A DNA stretch of 64,000 nt from a virus, in IMG/VR virus record IMGVR_UViG_3300030099_006944, positions 96,001-160,000 of that record. One strand, given 5' to 3'. Numbering within the stretch: position 1 is the stretch's first letter; each line of letters opens with the position of its first letter. Position numbers and translations under genes: made by a program. Of the stretch, positions 10,401 to 19,246 are shown piece after piece. The notes beneath the pieces are model-generated. The model saw only the letters and a list, made by a program, of their open reading frames with translations, was not told the DNA's origin and did not search any database.

Positions 10401-10717
10401 ACACACTAACAGTTAATGGCGGGGTAACATACAAGAGGAGAGCAGTCACTTCTGCAACTACTGCTTCATTGAATGATTATTATTTGGGTGTCTCTGCTAG
10501 TTCTACTTTGGAGATTAGATTGCCCGGAGCAGAAGGATTAACAGCCGGTCAGACATATACAATCAAAGATGAGGCCGGTAATGCTGGTGATAACAATATT
10601 AAAGTTCTGGCTAGTGGTTCACAAAAAATCGATGGCGGATCATTTATTACTTTGGAATCACCTTATGCTGCTGTCAACATATACACAAACGGTGTCGATA
10701 AATATTTTGTTTTCTAA
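7415..10717 (+). CDS. Long fibre-like virion protein with three internal repeat modules
   Basis: Gly/Thr/Ser-rich beta-type sequence; GTLxTAAQTNITSVG three times; repeated VGIGTxxP motifs. Confidence 0.75.
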   Translation: MADGIDYGWAYVAQNIVTGAGGNLGSIQFKSNDVDISGSNALTYDYATTTLILSGTLHVSGTINANALNLDVTNKTVTNLTATGSTKFGDSADDTHILTGSTTLTGSNPLTLLGLASGSLAGAGSFLGLNANNQLVLTASSDVTLPVTALNNQSANRLVSIGSTTTELDGEANLTFDGSKLSVTGELTSSIGVSASIGRYTELTSSNIKATGITATTIAGTLSTAAQTNITSVGDLTGLTVDTTTLVVNGTSNKVAIGRAAADKKLEVVDSSDSQLRLTHTTSPARYTDFRSTSDGYLNISPSGGRVGIGTTTPTAELAITGAAHISGNLGVGTTSPAYKLDVGGNARITGNLIVSGTLNARVTDFQVSANTLTLGDASGDAITINAATVAAPNGLNFDSNTFVIDAGNNRVGIGIANPTYDLEVAGNAGIDEYIYHNDDADTYLRFQDDDLEFQVGGKSMIKIDEDTKSKILFNKDGDSTSVGIGTDNPEAELHVSGTIIAIKNVAVTGSITGSALTDGTVKVTGGNILSVGTLSATNITGTLGTAAQTNITSVGNLSGLTVDSTTLVVNGTSNKVAIGRAAADKKLEIVDSSDAQLRLTHTTSPAKYVDFRATSDGNLYLAPNGNKIGIGTALPTQTLSVSGTFDISASANPMKIHGLQSATATTSSFLALDSNNNLILTSSGTVVTEYVSASILTYTNPANNRLVTSVDATSVNSEANLTFDGTDLTVGGGGSIYVDKIRRSSDSGTTTKILLDDEQLKFYTGHASDEVVNVQSGVVTIDGRMTGLSSLTSSVINNDHLTSSFGKFTTVTATNLAGTLTTAAQTNITSVGNLTSLTVDSTTLVVKATTSRVGIGRSGPVKKLEVSDNSAAQMRLTHTNDSKFTDFHTTTDGYLIIDPSHDRIGIGTTTPTSTLALSGTLHISASANPVKLLGVQSGSLAGEGSYLGLDASGQLVITASSGGTVTINNDADNRVVTAGGDSSINGEANLLFDGNTLTVNGGVTYKRRAVTSATTASLNDYYLGVSASSTLEIRLPGAEGLTAGQTYTIKDEAGNAGDNNIKVLASGSQKIDGGSFITLESPYAAVNIYTNGVDKYFVF

Positions 10718-10794
10718 AAACCCGGGTTCTCCGCGAGTTATTAATCGACTCCAAAAAAATATATTTTTTTTCATGACTTTTCGAAAATACTCAA

Positions 10795-10802
10795 ACTAAT
10801 TA
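10795..10802 (+). promoter_or_regulatory. Putative late promoter motif ACTAATTA
   Basis: Intergenic, upstream of a virion gene; recurs before other structural genes. Confidence 0.55.
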
Positions 10803-10808
10803 TACATC

Positions 10809-10835
10809 GAGGACCCCGAGTGTGTCGGGGTTCTT
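10809..10835 (+). other. 5' UTR hairpin directly after the putative late promoter
   Basis: gaggaccccga-gtgtg-tcggggttctt with G-U pairs. Confidence 0.55.
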
Positions 10836-10883
10836 GGCATTTTTATGCCTTTAAAAACCATAATTCTTAGGAGGAAATAAAAT

Positions 10884-13694
10884 ATGGCTTATAAATTTCA
10901 ATTAGGTGAATTCCGTGCTTCGGGTTCACTTATTCAAGAAGGATCGATTACTTCTGATGGTACATTGAAGTTGGATGGGGTTGCTGACGCTGCTGCTGAT
11001 GTTTCTGCCGACAGTTTGTACTTTTTAGATGGTGATGGTCTTGTAAAGCGTGAAAGTTTTGCTGATTACGCTGCTTCTGTTGCTGGTGCTGGTTTGGCTG
11101 CTTCGTCCGGTGTTCTTTCCGTAGACATCGATGAGTTGGCTGCTCTTGGTGGAGCTTCTCTTCACCAAACTGAAGACCATTTCATGGTTTCTGACAATGG
11201 TACCGAGAAAAAAGTTACTTTCTCTAACTTAGAAGATTCTATCTTCGCAAACGTTTCTGGTGATGCTACTATCGCTGCTGGTGGTGCTTTAACAATTGCT
11301 GCTGCTGCTGTTGAGCACGGTATGCTCAATGACAACATTATCTCTGGCCAAGATGAATTGGCTCACGCTGATATCGCTGATGCTGATGAGTTGATGATTT
11401 CTGACGCTGGTACAATCAAAAGAGTTGGTGTTGACAGTCTTCGTGATCACTTCTTCGGTGTTGTTAGTGGTGACGCTACAATTGCTGACGGCGGTGCTCT
11501 TACTATCGCTGCTAACGCCGTTGAAGACTCAATGGTTAACGATAACGTCGCAACAGGTCTTGCTGGTGACGGTCTTGCTGCGTCTTCTGGTGTTCTTGCT
11601 GTTCAAGTTTCTGGTGCTCTTAAAATCGAATCCGATAAAGTGGGTATCTCTGGTTCTTTCGCAGACAATGGTCTTAAATATATCGGCGGTGAAGACTCTA
11701 TCTTAGGTGTTGAGTTGGATATCGACGGTATCAAAGATGCTCTCGGCGGGACAGGTATCGCACAAGCTGATAAATTCGCATTTTCTGATGATGGTACTAC
11801 AAAAACTGTTACTTTCTCAAATCTTGAAGACGCAATCTTTGGAAACATTTCTGGTGATGCTACTGTGGCTGCTGGTGGTGCTTTAACAATCGCTGCAAAT
11901 GCTGTTGAAGGATCTATGATCAATTCAAACGCTGCTGGTAATGGTCTTGCTTATGGCTCAAACGCGCTTAACCTCGACCTTAATGAGTTGACTGCTGCTT
12001 CTATTGACGTTTCTGCTGATAGTATCGCTATAATTGATGCTGACGATTCTAACGCATCTAAAAAAGAATCAATTGCTGATCTTGCTACTGCTATGGCTGG
12101 TGGTGGTCTTGTTGCCTCTAACGGTGCTTTCCACCTCGACCACAACGAATTGGGCGCGGCTGCTGTTGATGTTGCTAATGACTCTTTTGCTTTTATCGCT
12201 TCTGGTGATTCTAACAAAACTCGTAAAGAATCAGTTGCAGATTTGATCACAGCAATTGCTGGTGGTGCTCTTTCTGCAACTTCTGGTGTACTTGCTGTTG
12301 CAGTTTCCGGTGCTATTAAGATTGATTCTGATAAGATTGGTCTTACTGGTTCTATTGCTGGTAATGGTCTTAAATATGATGGTGGAGTTAACTCTATCTC
12401 TCAACTAGCTCTTGATGCAAATCCAGACTCTTTTACTGTTGATTCAGATGGTCTTTCTTTGGCCGCTAACGTTGCTGGTGCTGGTATTAATTTAGCTGCT
12501 GGTGTTCTTTCGGTTGATATCGATGAGTTGAGTGCACTTGGTGGTGCTTCTATTGCACAAGGTGACAATCTTTTGGTTTCTGATGCAGGCACTGAAAAGA
12601 AAGTTACTTTCTCTAACTTAGAAGATTCTATCTTCGCAAACGTTTCTGGTGATGCTACTGTTGCTGCCGGTGGTGCTCTTACTATCGCTGCTAACGCTGT
12701 TGAAGGCTCTATGCTTAATACAGATGTTATCTCTGCTCAAACTGCTTTGGCTTCTGGTCTTGCAGCTACTGACGAGTTGATGGTTAGTGATGCTGGAACT
12801 CTTAAGAGAATGGATGTTTCTGTTCTTGGTGATTTCTTAGGTGGTGGTGCTGGTATCACTGTTAGTTCTGGTGAACTTTCAGTTTCTGCTGCTCAAACTT
12901 CAATCACTTCTATCATTAATTCTGGAATCGGTAAGATTGGTACTGCTGCTAATCAAGAGTATATTGATTTCGGTACAGCGGATGAAGTTCATCTTTGTGT
13001 GAACGACGCTCCGGCACTTGTTGCTACTGCAACTGGTGTTACTGTTGAAGGTGATCTTACAGTACTAGGTACTACCACTACTGTAAATTCTACTACAATC
13101 AATATTTCTAGCTCTTTCACGTTTGAAGGCCCAGCAGACGATCATGAGACTATTCTCACTTGTGCTACTCCTGTTGCTGATACTACAATCGAGCTTCCTC
13201 AATTGAGCGCCGGTACTTACTACTTGCCAGCATTGTCTGCTGATCCGGGCACTACTGCAATTGCTGCTACTGTTGCTGAATTAAACATCATGGATGGTGA
13301 TACTTCATTCGCAACTGGTATTACTATTTCTGATTCTGCTGATGGTTTCGTATTTAATGATGGCGGAGTTATGAAGCAACTCAGAGCTGATGAGGTAAAA
13401 GGATATGTTCAAGGTTTGGATATTCAAAACATTGATGATAGCGGTACTCTTAAAAGAGGATTTAACTACTTCTCATCTTTGGGTGGCGCTGAGTCTTGTA
13501 CTCTTCCAGCTAGTCCAGTTGTAGGTGATATTGTATACGTTAAAGCTCCTTCTAATTGTAGCTCGACTAACACTATTACAATCAACAAAGCAGGTTCTCA
13601 AACAATTGACGGTCAAACCGCTCTTGTATTAGAATCTCCTTATGCTGCTGTTTCCTTGTGTTACATCTCTGCTGATCTTTGGAGCATCTTCTAA
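10884..13694 (+). CDS. Long Ala/Asp/Gly-rich repetitive fibre or decoration protein
   Basis: Repeats of VSGDATIAAGGALTIAANAVE and KKVTFSNLEDSIF; own upstream late motif and a downstream terminator. Confidence 0.75.
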   Translation: MAYKFQLGEFRASGSLIQEGSITSDGTLKLDGVADAAADVSADSLYFLDGDGLVKRESFADYAASVAGAGLAASSGVLSVDIDELAALGGASLHQTEDHFMVSDNGTEKKVTFSNLEDSIFANVSGDATIAAGGALTIAAAAVEHGMLNDNIISGQDELAHADIADADELMISDAGTIKRVGVDSLRDHFFGVVSGDATIADGGALTIAANAVEDSMVNDNVATGLAGDGLAASSGVLAVQVSGALKIESDKVGISGSFADNGLKYIGGEDSILGVELDIDGIKDALGGTGIAQADKFAFSDDGTTKTVTFSNLEDAIFGNISGDATVAAGGALTIAANAVEGSMINSNAAGNGLAYGSNALNLDLNELTAASIDVSADSIAIIDADDSNASKKESIADLATAMAGGGLVASNGAFHLDHNELGAAAVDVANDSFAFIASGDSNKTRKESVADLITAIAGGALSATSGVLAVAVSGAIKIDSDKIGLTGSIAGNGLKYDGGVNSISQLALDANPDSFTVDSDGLSLAANVAGAGINLAAGVLSVDIDELSALGGASIAQGDNLLVSDAGTEKKVTFSNLEDSIFANVSGDATVAAGGALTIAANAVEGSMLNTDVISAQTALASGLAATDELMVSDAGTLKRMDVSVLGDFLGGGAGITVSSGELSVSAAQTSITSIINSGIGKIGTAANQEYIDFGTADEVHLCVNDAPALVATATGVTVEGDLTVLGTTTTVNSTTINISSSFTFEGPADDHETILTCATPVADTTIELPQLSAGTYYLPALSADPGTTAIAATVAELNIMDGDTSFATGITISDSADGFVFNDGGVMKQLRADEVKGYVQGLDIQNIDDSGTLKRGFNYFSSLGGAESCTLPASPVVGDIVYVKAPSNCSSTNTITINKAGSQTIDGQTALVLESPYAAVSLCYISADLWSIF

Positions 13695-13732
13695 TCTAAC
13701 GATTGGATTATTATCCTACAAGTTTTACTTGG

Positions 13733-13764
13733 ACGGTCGACCTTCGGGTCGGCCGTTTTCTTTT
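13733..13764 (+). terminator. Rho-independent terminator with a C(UUCG)G loop
   Basis: acggtcgacc-ttcg-ggtcggccgt followed by tttctttt. Confidence 0.85.
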
Positions 13765-13795
13765 ATGTTTGCTAATTATTGGGAGGAGAAATTGT

Positions 13796-14977
13796 ATGAG
13801 TTATTTATATTCGAAAGGTAAAAGAATCCTAGGAGACATTGTTGGAGCAGACGATGCAGACCGAGATACTAAGATTGATTTTGAAGACGATCAAATAAAA
13901 CTTGAAACAAGTGGATCAACAAGATTTAAAATATCTGGTTCAAACGGTGCTATAACATTTAACGAAGCATTTACATTCCCAACTACTGACGGAAGTGATA
14001 AGCAGGTTTTGTCGACAGATGGCGCCGGGGCCTTATCTTGGGTTGATCAATCTAGTGGTGGTTCGGGTGGCGGAGGAATGGAATACGCCGTGGGACATGT
14101 TGATCTAACAACCAACAACAAGCCGGTTAACTGGGTTAACGCCTCTTCTATATCTGCTGCGTCTGGTATTAAATCTTGGTTTGTTGTACCCAAAGCAACA
14201 AAGATAGATAAGGTCATCGTTTCAGTCAAGGGCAATAACTTTAGCACAGCAAATGATGGTAATGTAACTTTGAGTATCTACAAGAACCAACAAAATTACG
14301 GATCTACCATAGTCAATCAGACAGTTGGAGCAGATACCTTTACGGAGAAAGTATCAAATTTCTCTGATGGCACAACAGATTGTAATCAAAAGATCTTTTC
14401 TAATTTAAATCAGTCTGTTGCCGAAGGTGATGTAATTCATATCAAAGTTGGTAAATCCGCTGGTAGTGATAAAGAAGCCATAGTCACCTTAGTTTTTGAT
14501 AGTGGCGCAGCAGCAGCAACAGAGCCGCTTGTTTTAATGGCCCACATTTCTTCTGATTTTAATGTTACAACTAGTGACACAAATGAATACTTAACAGTCC
14601 CTTTTGATAGTGTATTGAAATCTACTTTTGCTGATAGTGATTATAACACATCCACTCATACTTTTACAGCGCCGGAGGAAGGTTATTATTTTATAAACTG
14701 TTCGCTTTATCACACTAGTATAAATGATACCCCAACTCAATACCAAGTAAGAATTTCTTCATCTGCTGGTTGGGCTTACGGTGGAGCGATTGCTTTTAGA
14801 AATTACTTTCCGGAAACATCTGTGACGTCCGTGAACACTCATCGACTTGATAGAGTCGCCCATTTAAGCGGTAGTGATCAGGTTAAAGTAACGATTCGAC
14901 CAATCGCCAGCGCGGGGAGTTACGGTAGAATAACCGGTTTACCTCATGTGTCTTATCTGACGATACAAAAACTCTAA
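13796..14977 (+). CDS. Fibre/adhesin with a C-terminal C1q/TNF-like domain
   Basis: Start reassigned to ATG 13796 (GGAGGAG RBS). VPFDSV...YNTSTHTFTAPEEGYYFINCSL is the C1q signature. Confidence 0.7.
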   Translation: MSYLYSKGKRILGDIVGADDADRDTKIDFEDDQIKLETSGSTRFKISGSNGAITFNEAFTFPTTDGSDKQVLSTDGAGALSWVDQSSGGSGGGGMEYAVGHVDLTTNNKPVNWVNASSISAASGIKSWFVVPKATKIDKVIVSVKGNNFSTANDGNVTLSIYKNQQNYGSTIVNQTVGADTFTEKVSNFSDGTTDCNQKIFSNLNQSVAEGDVIHIKVGKSAGSDKEAIVTLVFDSGAAAATEPLVLMAHISSDFNVTTSDTNEYLTVPFDSVLKSTFADSDYNTSTHTFTAPEEGYYFINCSLYHTSINDTPTQYQVRISSSAGWAYGGAIAFRNYFPETSVTSVNTHRLDRVAHLSGSDQVKVTIRPIASAGSYGRITGLPHVSYLTIQKL

Positions 14978-15008
14978 TATTTCATTTATTCCTTTTCTTG
15001 ACAACAAC

Positions 15009-15016
15009 ACTATTTA
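15009..15016 (+). promoter_or_regulatory. Putative late promoter motif ACTATTTA (scaffold-MCP operon)
   Basis: 40 nt upstream of the scaffold ATG. Confidence 0.6.
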
Positions 15017-15048
15017 ATAAGAATAATAGTCTATTAGGAGATGTGTTA

Positions 15049-16335
15049 ATGTCTAACATGTTAGAACAAGCAATTGTAGATGCTGCGGCTCTACGAGAGG
15101 CTGCTCTCAAAAATGCAGAACAATCAATTATTGAGAAGTATGCACCGCAAATTAAAGAGGCCGTAGAGGCAATGCTTGAAAACGAAGGTGCTCCCCGCAC
15201 CCATATGTATCAAGGGCGAACAGTTAGTGTGATTCACGAAGCGGACGAAGACGGCAATGTTACTGTCGCTGAGGCTGGTGGAAAACCTTTTGTCGTTAAA
15301 GAATCAGATTTGTCTGAGGCGACAGATGAAGAGGTGCTTCAAGAAGAAGAAATGGACGCTGCTGCTGACACAGCAACTGCTCCCCCTACCGAAATAGAAG
15401 CACCCCCTGCATGGGATTCGCGCTACGGAGACACGCAGTCTGTAACCCTTACCGCGATGCTAGACAACGTTGACGAAGATGGAAATATCGAAATCGACTT
15501 GGACGCCATTGAGTTGTCAATGGCCGATGCAGATCAGGGACTAGAAGACACACTTCCAGAAGAGCCCGTAGAGGACATTTCCTTGGCTCCTGAGGAAGAG
15601 GAAGGGGAAACACCCGCTGATGAAACTGGGGAGGAAATAGATGACCTTCTTGGCGATCTAGGAGGGGAAGAAGATACTGATATGCAACTCCAAGAGCTTT
15701 TGGACTTATTATCAGAATATGATGAAGGATTAATTGAAGAAGATATCGATGTCGATATGGGTGAGGCCAAAGATGGCTGGATAGATACCAACGAAGGTTC
15801 TCTGGAATATAAGAGAGACATGGAAGACGCTAAATATACTCATTCTGTTCTCGAAGAAGAGGAAGAAGAGGAAGAAGATTCCGATGAGGAAATACACCAC
15901 GATCGTCTCCATGAAGCCAAACAAGAGATAGACTTACTTCAACAAACATTTTTGGTACTCAAGCAACAAAATGAAAAGCTTGAATCCGTTGTTCATCAAT
16001 TGAACGAAAAACTTGAAGAGACTTTGCTTTCAAACGCAAAGCTTCTTTATCAAAACCGCACTTTAAATGATGCCTCCTTGAATGAGCGACAAAAATCTAA
16101 AATTGTCGAAGCCATCTCTAATGCGGAGTCTCCTAAGGAGGCAAAGAGTTTACATGAGACGTTAAGGGCAACAGTGGGAAGCCAAAAACAAAAGGCTCCA
16201 CAATCACTGAATGAAACCGTAAATCGACGATCGAATCTATCCTCTATGTTGAATTCGAGACAAAACATAAACGAAAGCAAGATTCCTGATGATTCTTTTG
16301 TAAAGAAAATGCAGAAACTTGCAGGCATTAAATAA
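15049..16335 (+). CDS. Prohead core scaffolding protein (gp22-like)
   Basis: Very acidic coiled-coil protein directly upstream of the major capsid gene; start at ATG 15049 with an AGGAG RBS. Confidence 0.75.
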   Translation: MSNMLEQAIVDAAALREAALKNAEQSIIEKYAPQIKEAVEAMLENEGAPRTHMYQGRTVSVIHEADEDGNVTVAEAGGKPFVVKESDLSEATDEEVLQEEEMDAAADTATAPPTEIEAPPAWDSRYGDTQSVTLTAMLDNVDEDGNIEIDLDAIELSMADADQGLEDTLPEEPVEDISLAPEEEEGETPADETGEEIDDLLGDLGGEEDTDMQLQELLDLLSEYDEGLIEEDIDVDMGEAKDGWIDTNEGSLEYKRDMEDAKYTHSVLEEEEEEEEDSDEEIHHDRLHEAKQEIDLLQQTFLVLKQQNEKLESVVHQLNEKLEETLLSNAKLLYQNRTLNDASLNERQKSKIVEAISNAESPKEAKSLHETLRATVGSQKQKAPQSLNETVNRRSNLSSMLNSRQNINESKIPDDSFVKKMQKLAGIK

Positions 16336-16358
16336 CAATATATAAGGAGGTTAATCTA

Positions 16359-18221
16359 ATGTCTATTGTAGAAAAATTAACCGAAGGTATCGTGAACCGC
16401 GATATGGCCCAAGAAGGCGCTGCTCTTCTTAACAAATGGGGTCAAACTGGTTTGCTTGAAGGCCTTCAAAATGATCACCAGAAGAGCACTATGGCTCGTC
16501 TTTTGGAAAACCAAGCGAAGGAACTTCTTCGTGAGGCTTCTTCATTGGGTGCTGGTGACGTAGAAGGTTTCGCTGCTGTTGCCTTCCCTATCGTTCGTCG
16601 TGTATTCGCCGGACTTATTGCTAACGATCTTGTTAGTGTTCAGCCGATGTCACTCCCTAGTGGACTGATCTTCTTCCTTGACTTCTCTTTTGGAGATCAA
16701 GAAGGTGGAAACGGTGTTTCTGGCTCTCGTATGGGTAACACACAAGGTGGTACTGAATCTATCTATGGTACTGATAAACTTGGTTCAGAAGTTATCACCG
16801 GTGTTGGACTTACAGATAGTCTCAAAGGTGATCTTTCTGGTCCCGGCCGAAGTGGTATGGTCGGATACGCTTACGCTTCTCCAAGTGGAAGTAACGTTGC
16901 TGCTTTTACTAACAGCGATCACATTAAAGTACGCTCTGCTTTCAAACTAGATGGAAGTGTATCTGAGACTCGTGCTAAGTACATTCAATATGATCCGGAT
17001 CTACTAGCATCAACTACTTTGGGTGTTGTCGTTGTCGACGTTAACCAAGCGGAGATTGAAAGTGTTGCAGACGCCGCTGACGCAGATTTTGACAACTTGT
17101 CTGCTTTTGTATTTGATAAAGCAGCACTTCTTACTTACTTAAATGGAGTAACTGGTGGTTCTGCAATTGGCACTATTACTGCTGTTGCTAATATATCTCA
17201 AGTACGTCGTCTAACTAGAAAAGTTGCTGCTGCTGATTCCGCTACTGGTGCCGCTGCTGTGCGTTTTGTCATCTCTTTGGACGAACCAGCACAAATCACA
17301 ACAGAATCTGATACAGCAACTAATGGTGCTGGTGACCTTGCTATTGGAAAACTAAGTTTCCCAATCGTAGACCACCTTCCTGCTGCTGGTACTGTTGGAG
17401 CCGTTGGTTCTTCTAGTAACAACTTTGCTTTGGAAGGCTCCGAGAATATTCCGGAAATCGACATCAAGGTAGATTCAACTGCCATCACAGCGCAAACCAA
17501 GAAGTTGAAAGCCAAGTGGACTCCTGAATTGGGTCAAGACTTGAACGCTTACCACAACTTGGATGCTGAGGTTGAGTTGACTTCTATTCTTTCTGAGCAA
17601 ATCGCTCTGGAAATCGATCGCGAAATTCTTTCTGACTTGGTACGTGGTGCTACCGCTGCTACTTATTACTGGTCTCGTTCTCCGGGTCTCTTCGTTAACC
17701 GTTCAACTGGTGCGGAATTGGGCGCTACTGCTGCTGCTCCTGACTTCACCGGTACTGTTAGTGAATGGTATGAGACTCTCATTGAAACTATCAATGATGT
17801 TTCTGCTCAGATCCACAGAAAGACTCTTCGTGGTGGTGCTAACTATGTTGTTGTGTCTCCTGAGGGCGCTAACATTCTCGAATTCACTTCTGGATTCCGT
17901 GCTAATGTTACTGCTGACGCTGACAAAGGCGACATCGGCGCTGTTAAGGCTGGTTCATTGAGTCGTAAGTTTGACGTTATCGTTGATCCTTACTTCCCAC
18001 GTAACCTTATATTGGTTGGTCGTAAAGGTTCTTCTTTCCTTGAAAGTGGATACGTTTATGCTCCATACGTGCCTCTGCAAACTACACCAACAATCTTCGG
18101 GCCTGAAGACTTCGTTCCTCGTAAAGGGGTAATGACTCGTTATGCCAAGAAGATGGTTCGTCCTGATATGTATGGCCTTGTCATCATTCGCGGATTGCTC
18201 GGTGAGTCCGGTGCTTCCTAA
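16359..18221 (+). CDS. Major capsid protein (T4 gp23-like)
   Basis: Motifs VSVQPMSLPSGLIF, KLKAKWTPELGQDLNAYHNLDAEVELTSILSEQIALEIDREI and YAPYVPLQ...GVMTRY. Confidence 0.96.
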   Translation: MSIVEKLTEGIVNRDMAQEGAALLNKWGQTGLLEGLQNDHQKSTMARLLENQAKELLREASSLGAGDVEGFAAVAFPIVRRVFAGLIANDLVSVQPMSLPSGLIFFLDFSFGDQEGGNGVSGSRMGNTQGGTESIYGTDKLGSEVITGVGLTDSLKGDLSGPGRSGMVGYAYASPSGSNVAAFTNSDHIKVRSAFKLDGSVSETRAKYIQYDPDLLASTTLGVVVVDVNQAEIESVADAADADFDNLSAFVFDKAALLTYLNGVTGGSAIGTITAVANISQVRRLTRKVAAADSATGAAAVRFVISLDEPAQITTESDTATNGAGDLAIGKLSFPIVDHLPAAGTVGAVGSSSNNFALEGSENIPEIDIKVDSTAITAQTKKLKAKWTPELGQDLNAYHNLDAEVELTSILSEQIALEIDREILSDLVRGATAATYYWSRSPGLFVNRSTGAELGATAAAPDFTGTVSEWYETLIETINDVSAQIHRKTLRGGANYVVVSPEGANILEFTSGFRANVTADADKGDIGAVKAGSLSRKFDVIVDPYFPRNLILVGRKGSSFLESGYVYAPYVPLQTTPTIFGPEDFVPRKGVMTRYAKKMVRPDMYGLVIIRGLLGESGAS

Positions 18222-18252
18222 TCTATAACTGATTAGAACACCAAAAAAGACG

Positions 18253-18282
18253 CCCTCGTTCTTCGGAACGGGGGTTTTCTTA
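18253..18282 (+). terminator. Rho-independent terminator with a C(UUCG)G loop
   Basis: ccctcgttc-ttcg-gaacggggg followed by ttttctt. Confidence 0.85.
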
Positions 18283-18290
18283 TTCTACGA

Positions 18291-18298
18291 ACTATTTA
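18291..18298 (+). promoter_or_regulatory. Putative late promoter motif ACTATTTA
   Basis: Directly after the MCP terminator. Confidence 0.6.
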
Positions 18299-18353
18299 CA
18301 TATGAATTGGGTGATACCCACATATTTATAATATTATTAAGGAGATTTATATT

Positions 18354-18785
18354 ATGGCTAAATCAGGAAGATACTCTGCTGATAGAAAAAAAGTTCAGTC
18401 AATTACTGCTTCTATTTCGCTGACAAAAGCGGATTGTGGCACTTTTATGATGCTCAATGCAGCGGCTGGCTGTACAGTAACTTTACCTTCAATTGCTGAC
18501 GCTGGTCAGGGATGGTGGTGTCGCTTTATTGTTGCAACAAACTGCTCGTCTAATGAATATATAATTCAAGAAAATGCTTCATACGATACGGATACAATTA
18601 TCGGTGGAATTAACGAACTTGAAGTAGATACCTCAGATGACGGTCCAAGTTCAACCGGTTGTACGTACATTACTATTGCTAACGGAACAGATACTGTTGG
18701 AGACTTCGTAGAAGTCATGACCGATGGAACCAAATGGTATATCGCTGGTCAAACCAAATTAGACGGCGGCATTGGTTTAACATAA
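18354..18785 (+). CDS. Putative capsid decoration protein related to the fibre C-terminal domain
   Basis: Follows the MCP and has its own late motif; CTVTLP and NCSS motifs are shared with the C-terminus of 10884..13694. Confidence 0.5.
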   Translation: MAKSGRYSADRKKVQSITASISLTKADCGTFMMLNAAAGCTVTLPSIADAGQGWWCRFIVATNCSSNEYIIQENASYDTDTIIGGINELEVDTSDDGPSSTGCTYITIANGTDTVGDFVEVMTDGTKWYIAGQTKLDGGIGLT

Positions 18786-18798
18786 TACGAGGTGATCA

Positions 18799-19155
18799 AT
18801 GGGAAAACGTAATAAACGAGCAAGAACAATTCTTAAGAAGGCTAGCATTTTGGGAGAGGAAATTTCTCCCGAAGTTGCTCGTCGTTATGGGATAGAAAAT
18901 TTGCTTCCACAAAAAACAAACACAGAAAAAATTGAAGAATTAAAAACTAAAAATCCTGAACCAATTATCGAAGAACCTGTTGTTCTCGAAGAACCAAAGT
19001 TTGTGACAGAAGCCGAACCGGTGAAAGTTGTGGCTGAGGAACCAAAGGTTGAGGTAAAGAAAACAACAAGAAAACGAGCGCCTCGTAAAACAACAACGAG
19101 GACAAGAAAAACAAATACAAAAGCCAGTTCAAAATCTATCTCCTCCAAGAAATAA
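18799..19155 (+). CDS. Hypothetical protein with a K/R/T-rich C-terminal tail
   Basis: 118 aa; ends KKTTRKRAPRKTTTRTRKTNTKASSKSISSKK. Confidence 0.65.
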   Translation: MGKRNKRARTILKKASILGEEISPEVARRYGIENLLPQKTNTEKIEELKTKNPEPIIEEPVVLEEPKFVTEAEPVKVVAEEPKVEVKKTTRKRAPRKTTTRTRKTNTKASSKSISSKK

Positions 19156-19177
19156 TAAATGTGTGTGTAATGCTTTG

Positions 19178-19210
19178 CCTCCGATGAATCGTCGTCGGAG
19201 GTTTTCCTTT
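19178..19210 (+). terminator. Rho-independent terminator
   Basis: cctccgatga-atcg-tcgtcggagg followed by ttttccttt. Confidence 0.8.
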
Positions 19211-19217
19211 TGTATTA

Positions 19218-19225
19218 ACTAATTA
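19218..19225 (+). promoter_or_regulatory. Putative late promoter motif ACTAATTA (neck operon)
   Basis: Directly after a terminator. Confidence 0.6.
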
Positions 19226-19246
19226 GGTGTAGCGGAGGATTCCTTA

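Noticed and set aside
13703-13795. Track start of ORF 13703..14977
   Set aside because: The extension runs through a terminator hairpin; ATG 13796 has the GGAGGAG RBS.
14998-15030. Sigma70 promoter at TTGACA 14998
   Set aside because: No -10 element at 16-18 nt spacing; the ACTATTTA late motif at 15009 explains the region better.
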